64,000 bases of DNA from Fistulifera solaris (taxonomy: Eukaryota). A program made the translations under genes and the position numbers. Of the stretch, positions 59,830 to 64,000 are shown one piece after another; the stretch's first letter is position 1, and each line of letters opens with the position of its first letter. Location of the stretch: the NCBI GenBank assembly GCA_030295235.1, contig AP026131.1:1426001-1490000 (forward strand), given 5' to 3'. The notes under the pieces were generated by a model, which worked only from the letters and a program-made list of their open reading frames with translations, did no database searches and was not told the origin of the DNA.

Positions 59830-62242
59830 CGAGCCTGGTTACTCCTCTTCCTGCCACTCGATCAGTCCACGTTACCGCTTTACTTGACTGCGCCGATATA
59901 GCCGACTGTACGACGACTTAGATGCTCAACGCCCTCTGCTAGTTTAAGCCAGATCGGGAGTCGTTCGAGTCACGACCAGTACTTGATTTTCTCCAACAGA
60001 TAATGCTGTTGTCGCCAAGGTTTTTGTTGCGTTGCAAAAGAGCGATGCACTTCTCCAATTGATTTTACAGCTTTTCTGTGTGATAAGCTAGTAGTCTTTC
60101 TTTTCAAGCACGTGAACACACCACTCCCCCAGATTTTCTGGGAAAGTCAAAATACCATAAACCTTACCGCACGACCAGATTTTCAAGGCACGTACAAACA
60201 CAACTCTCCCAGCTTTTCTGGGGACGTTTCTGGACAGGGAAAGAAACCAAATACAGTACTCAGAATTTCTGTATTATGAAGACGTCGTCAACGTCATCCG
60301 CGCCCCGCGCATTTGTTGCTGCGGAAATAAATAGCGATGAATAATGCGAGGGTGAATTATAAAAGCGAATGCATCTTTTGCCGCTTTTTGTCAAGTAACA
60401 AAAGAGAATACTATTCTCTCAAGCATTCACCGAAACGCGTCACTGCTATCAAAGGTTCTTTGGCACAAAAAATCTATGTCCGAGGAAGGGCCGACGAAAG
60501 TGTCGCGTGTTCATCATGTTGATGAAGGAAGGTATTCCGTTCCTTCATGGCGGTAATCTTTTTGAAGACAAGATGCTTGAGTGAGTCTTTCACGGCTTTT
60601 AGCTACTGCGGAGCACTCACGAGGATAATGGACTATCAACATCAGCAATTTGCAATTTGCCGCGAGATTTGACAACCATCTCAGCGTCCGTTGACCGTCA
60701 ACAAAAATCCTCTTTTCATTGAATCGAGCAAATCCGTTGCCGCTCCTCAAAAACGGTCGCTTCGGTCTGCGTATCAAGTCTCAAAGCTGAAGTGCTCCAC
60801 TTGATATTCGATTGCTAGTTACAATTTTGAAACAATCGGCCAAAGGCCGCGGCCAATCACTCCATGATCAGCACTGTGAAAAGCATCCCTCACAAGATTG
60901 ACAAGTCGGATGGAGTCAGCACCGGGAATCTGATAGTCCGGCGCGGCGAAGCATCCAGTCCAGCGGTGGCGAATTACGTGTTTAAGTCAGGTATTTGACT
61001 GGCGACAATAGTGGAATGAGGCGAATAGTCGCTGCTTGTCGCGATTCAAATATTTAAAGTCGTTATCATCTGCAGGACCATACAACAACGGACGACGATT
61101 TGGTAACAGGATGCTGATGACGGCAAATTATTTTTGAATATAGAAGGACCTTGTTGGTTTAAACTGCCGGGCGCGGATGCATTCTGGTGGTGAGTGGCAG
61201 GGCGCTTTCTGATGAATCATCTCTTTGAAAACGACTCTGATGGAGCGTAGTAGCAAGTACATTACCAGGAATCGTTCTTTCGACCAGATTTGTGAATTGG
61301 TCGCTCGTGGCACAGTATTTGGGCTTGCGTTCGCGTGGATGGTTTTCAGTGAGGCTAATTTGTCCAAGGCGATTGTTTTTTGGAGATCGGCCGTGTCGTC
61401 AAAAGCTCTTCGTACATCTGGACAAGCTCGATCCGCGATCACGTCAAGGCAGCAATTGCTTAGATCGCGGAAAGAGCAAAAAGGGTCTATTGATGGACGT
61501 CCACCTTGGCTAGAGTGAAAATAAAAAACGAGAAAACCGAATAGGAAAGCAGCGTTCAGTGTTGATAGAGTGGTCATGAAGAAGTACGTGGCTATCGTGG
61601 CTATCGCGGCTAGCGAGTAATTGATCTGAATCGAACAGGCCGCGGCTCGTGCGATTGAGATATCAAAAGCCGCCAAAAGCGAGGACAGGGGGTCAACAGG
61701 TTGCTTGGCGGCGACACTGTTTCTTCAAAAAAAGGGCGAGCCTTGTCTGTGTTTTACTGCCTGACTCTGATGCCTTTTTGTTGCAATCAGCGACACTTTT
61801 TGATCAGTTGGTTTCCGAAAGCGTTCATGCTGGAAAGTAAGGAAAAGTATATCGATTGTTCTTCTGGCTCAATTTATGTGAAAGGGTCGCTTGTGGCAAC
61901 ACACACTCGATCTCGCTACGTTGTTCAGAGCACTTTCGATTGGTTTCGGTTGCGTCCTGTCGCGAAGGCGATGGAAATGGAGACAGGGGTGTAGAGGCCT
62001 GCTAAAAGAGTCTACAAGTGCATACAAAAAACTATAAGATATTGATTGATGAAATAAGCTATTAGAGAATTATCTTATAGTGTTAGATTATCTGAGGAGA
62101 ATATTACGGCTAGGTCACTAAACTGAGCAAGATGTACAAAAGTTACCGTTATTTGTGAATTGGAAGGGGCAACTCGTTTGAAAAAACATATTAAATTGAT
62201 TGGCGCCTGCGGTGATGTCTTTCATATTTTGTTTAAACAATG

Positions 62243-62640
62243 TCAAGCTTGAAAGAACATTTTGTCCAAGGCCGTTGCAGCTGACACGTCCCACCCACTA
62301 ATGTCTTGGTTGAAGGATGAGGCACGCCCGAACATCATAAACATATTGGTGACTGCGGATGTGTCCCAGTCACCGATGGGCTGGTTGAAAGCAAGGGCCC
62401 TCACAAACATGGCTTGCATATTTGTGACTCTGGATGTGTCCCAGTCCCCAATCGGCTCGTTGAAATTCGTGGCACCTTCGAATAGAGAGCTCATATCTGT
62501 CATTCTTGAGACATCCCAGCAGTTGGGTGGTGGCCCTGACAGAAATTCCGAGCGCACAGATAGCTCACGGAATTCAGAATGCGGAATATCCTCACGCAAA
62601 GGCGACAATCAACCAACTCAACACTCTTTGATGAGATGAT
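62243..62640 (-). CDS. DUF285 / BspA-like surface-protein repeat gene fragment, possibly disrupted
   Basis: Three to four 25-aa repeats WD(V/T)SxVTxMxxMFxxAxxFNQPIG. The upstream part is frameshifted and abuts the copia LTR. Confidence 0.8.
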
Positions 62641-62718
62641 CAACTGACAAGCGAAAGCACTGATATCGCAAACACTCTTTGATTGCAATGATCAGCAAAG
62701 ACAACCACACAGTGCGCT

Positions 62719-63286
62719 TGTTGTTACTTACTCACTGTCTGCCTGCCTGGACTCCAAAGGATGTAGATCGACTACGCCAAGGTTTGTGGCCTTGAGAATT
62801 TCACCACACAAAGAAGACTCAGTAAACTCGGTATAGATTGATTGATTTCTAATTTTATGAGACCTATTCTAATGGAAAATGATTGCACACCTTTCTCCAA
62901 TCTTCATGAACTTGTGCTGAGGTGGCAAAGAAAACAAGTACTGGATTCCTGTAGAAAATGAACATAGCTCCGTAGGCTTCCGTAGGTTGGCTACGACACG
63001 TAAGAAAATGTACTGAAGGTCTACGTGACAGTCAGTCGTGGCAAGAGAAGAAACATGTCCACGTCTGCAAAATTGTCGACGTTGCACTCTCAACGGTATC
63101 CAAACCTTGTAACTGCAACTTCAAATAACTCCCAATGGTATCCAAGTGACTCTATCTTCAAATCGACAGTCGAAGTCTAAATAGCAATACCGATGCGCCG
63201 TTTCTGTGTAGTATAAGTAGTACGGTACACAAATACAATGGAAATTCAGTCACTAACATGACTCGATCTTGCTAAGAAAATTGTCA
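62719..63286 (-). mobile_element. Putative 3' LTR of the copia element; distal end approximate
   Basis: On the minus strand, the polypurine tract gagaagacggggag (63300-63287) is followed directly by TGACAA. Candidate terminal ..AACA near 62719-62722. The second LTR is not in the window. Confidence 0.55.
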
Positions 63287-63374
63287 CTCCCCGTCTTCTC
63301 GAAGGCACGGCGGCTGCAATAACTGACTCGCATTCTCGTTGAAGGTCTTCCATTTTCTTCCTAAATCCTAATCA

Positions 63375-64000
63375 CTAACACATGCATTTCTCTCTAAACA
63401 AATATATCTCTAACCCAAAGTAGTACCTGGTACTCTTTAGTTCTTCAGTTCTGTGGTGTCTCCAGTCCAGAAAAGTATCGCCTTCAAAGCGATCCCATAT
63501 CTGCGAATAACCCCAATGTTTGCTGAGAATATCAGCTGGGTTCATCTCCTGGGAATATGCAAGAATGCAACCATTCCTGGCCTTAATAGCCTCGCGTACA
63601 CAGTGAAAAGAGAGCATAGTATGTCTCTTGTGTAGCTTTGCGTGTACCATGGTAGCACTGTTGACGACAGACTCATTATCCCCAAACATGTAGGCCTTCT
63701 CGCGAATCGGTACCCCTAAATATCGCAGTGTATTGCGGAGATCGATGATCTGCTCAACGCACGTTCTCGCTGCAATAAATTGAACCATAAGTAGCAGTCT
63801 CAACAGTTGCCTGCTTCTTGGAGTACCACTCGATAGGGGTCTTGTTAAGAAGGTGAAGAATTCCAGTCACAGATCTCCCGTAGCCATGCAGTGCATAAGA
63901 TTCGCATCTACAAAGTGTACTGATGTGACGAAGTTCCCAAGAGGTTTGAAGCATCTTTGGGTTCCGCTTCCTTGACATCACCGTACACAGAGCGCGACCA
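63375..64000 (-). mobile_element. Ty1/copia (diatom CoDi-like) retrotransposon pol, RNase H region, frameshifted; continues beyond the window
   Basis: GRSVTG..TPIEWYSKKQATVETATYGS..FIAAR..LRYLGVP..MFGDNESVV..KRH..SFH.VREAI..NPADILSK. Confidence 0.95.

Noticed and set aside
26150..60170. Recurring AACCTTAC motif, often near gene 3' ends
   Set aside because: Only about six hits noticed, one inside a coding region; enrichment is not demonstrable by eye.
60500..61800. ORFs 61128..61676 and neighbours
   Set aside because: No recognisable motifs; possibly degraded coding sequence, not callable.
1..64000. Widespread frameshifts read as pseudogenisation or programmed frameshifting
   Set aside because: They hit conserved enzymes (XDH, HMGS, GDH, SDR) that otherwise keep their motifs, often at homopolymers. 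Long-read indel error is the simpler explanation.

Overview
Eukaryotic nuclear DNA, most consistent with a pennate diatom. Evidence: compact genes, short GT-AG introns, a CoDi-like Ty1/copia element, DUF285 and GDPH/VWD secreted proteins, and RxL motifs. Many clearly functional genes carry single-base frameshifts, so the assembly probably contains indel errors and some gene ends are approximate. Genes include two GH5-CBM6 paralogs that lack the catalytic glutamates, a CBM6-only gene, a coral SAARP-like secreted protein, a 2OG-hydroxylase/sulfotransferase fusion, a CLC channel, a small three-exon twin-CX9C (NDUFA8-like) gene, QPRT, a MYND/repeat protein, an SDR, xanthine dehydrogenase, an HMG-CoA synthase/ketosynthase fusion, a TSP3-repeat/VWD protein, NAD-glutamate dehydrogenase, a YHYH protein with a ~50-Cys insert and a DUF285 fragment. 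Mobile DNA includes several MITEs (two nested) and the 3' end of a copia element. The top lead is 52312-54189: a sarcosine/dimethylglycine-type (DSYE/TpMMT-like) SAM methyltransferase fused in one intact ORF to a D-2-hydroxyacid reductase with an NADPH-type fingerprint. This pairing matches the consecutive MTOB reductase and MTHB methyltransferase steps of algal DMSP synthesis. All family calls are by motif recognition; no searches were run.
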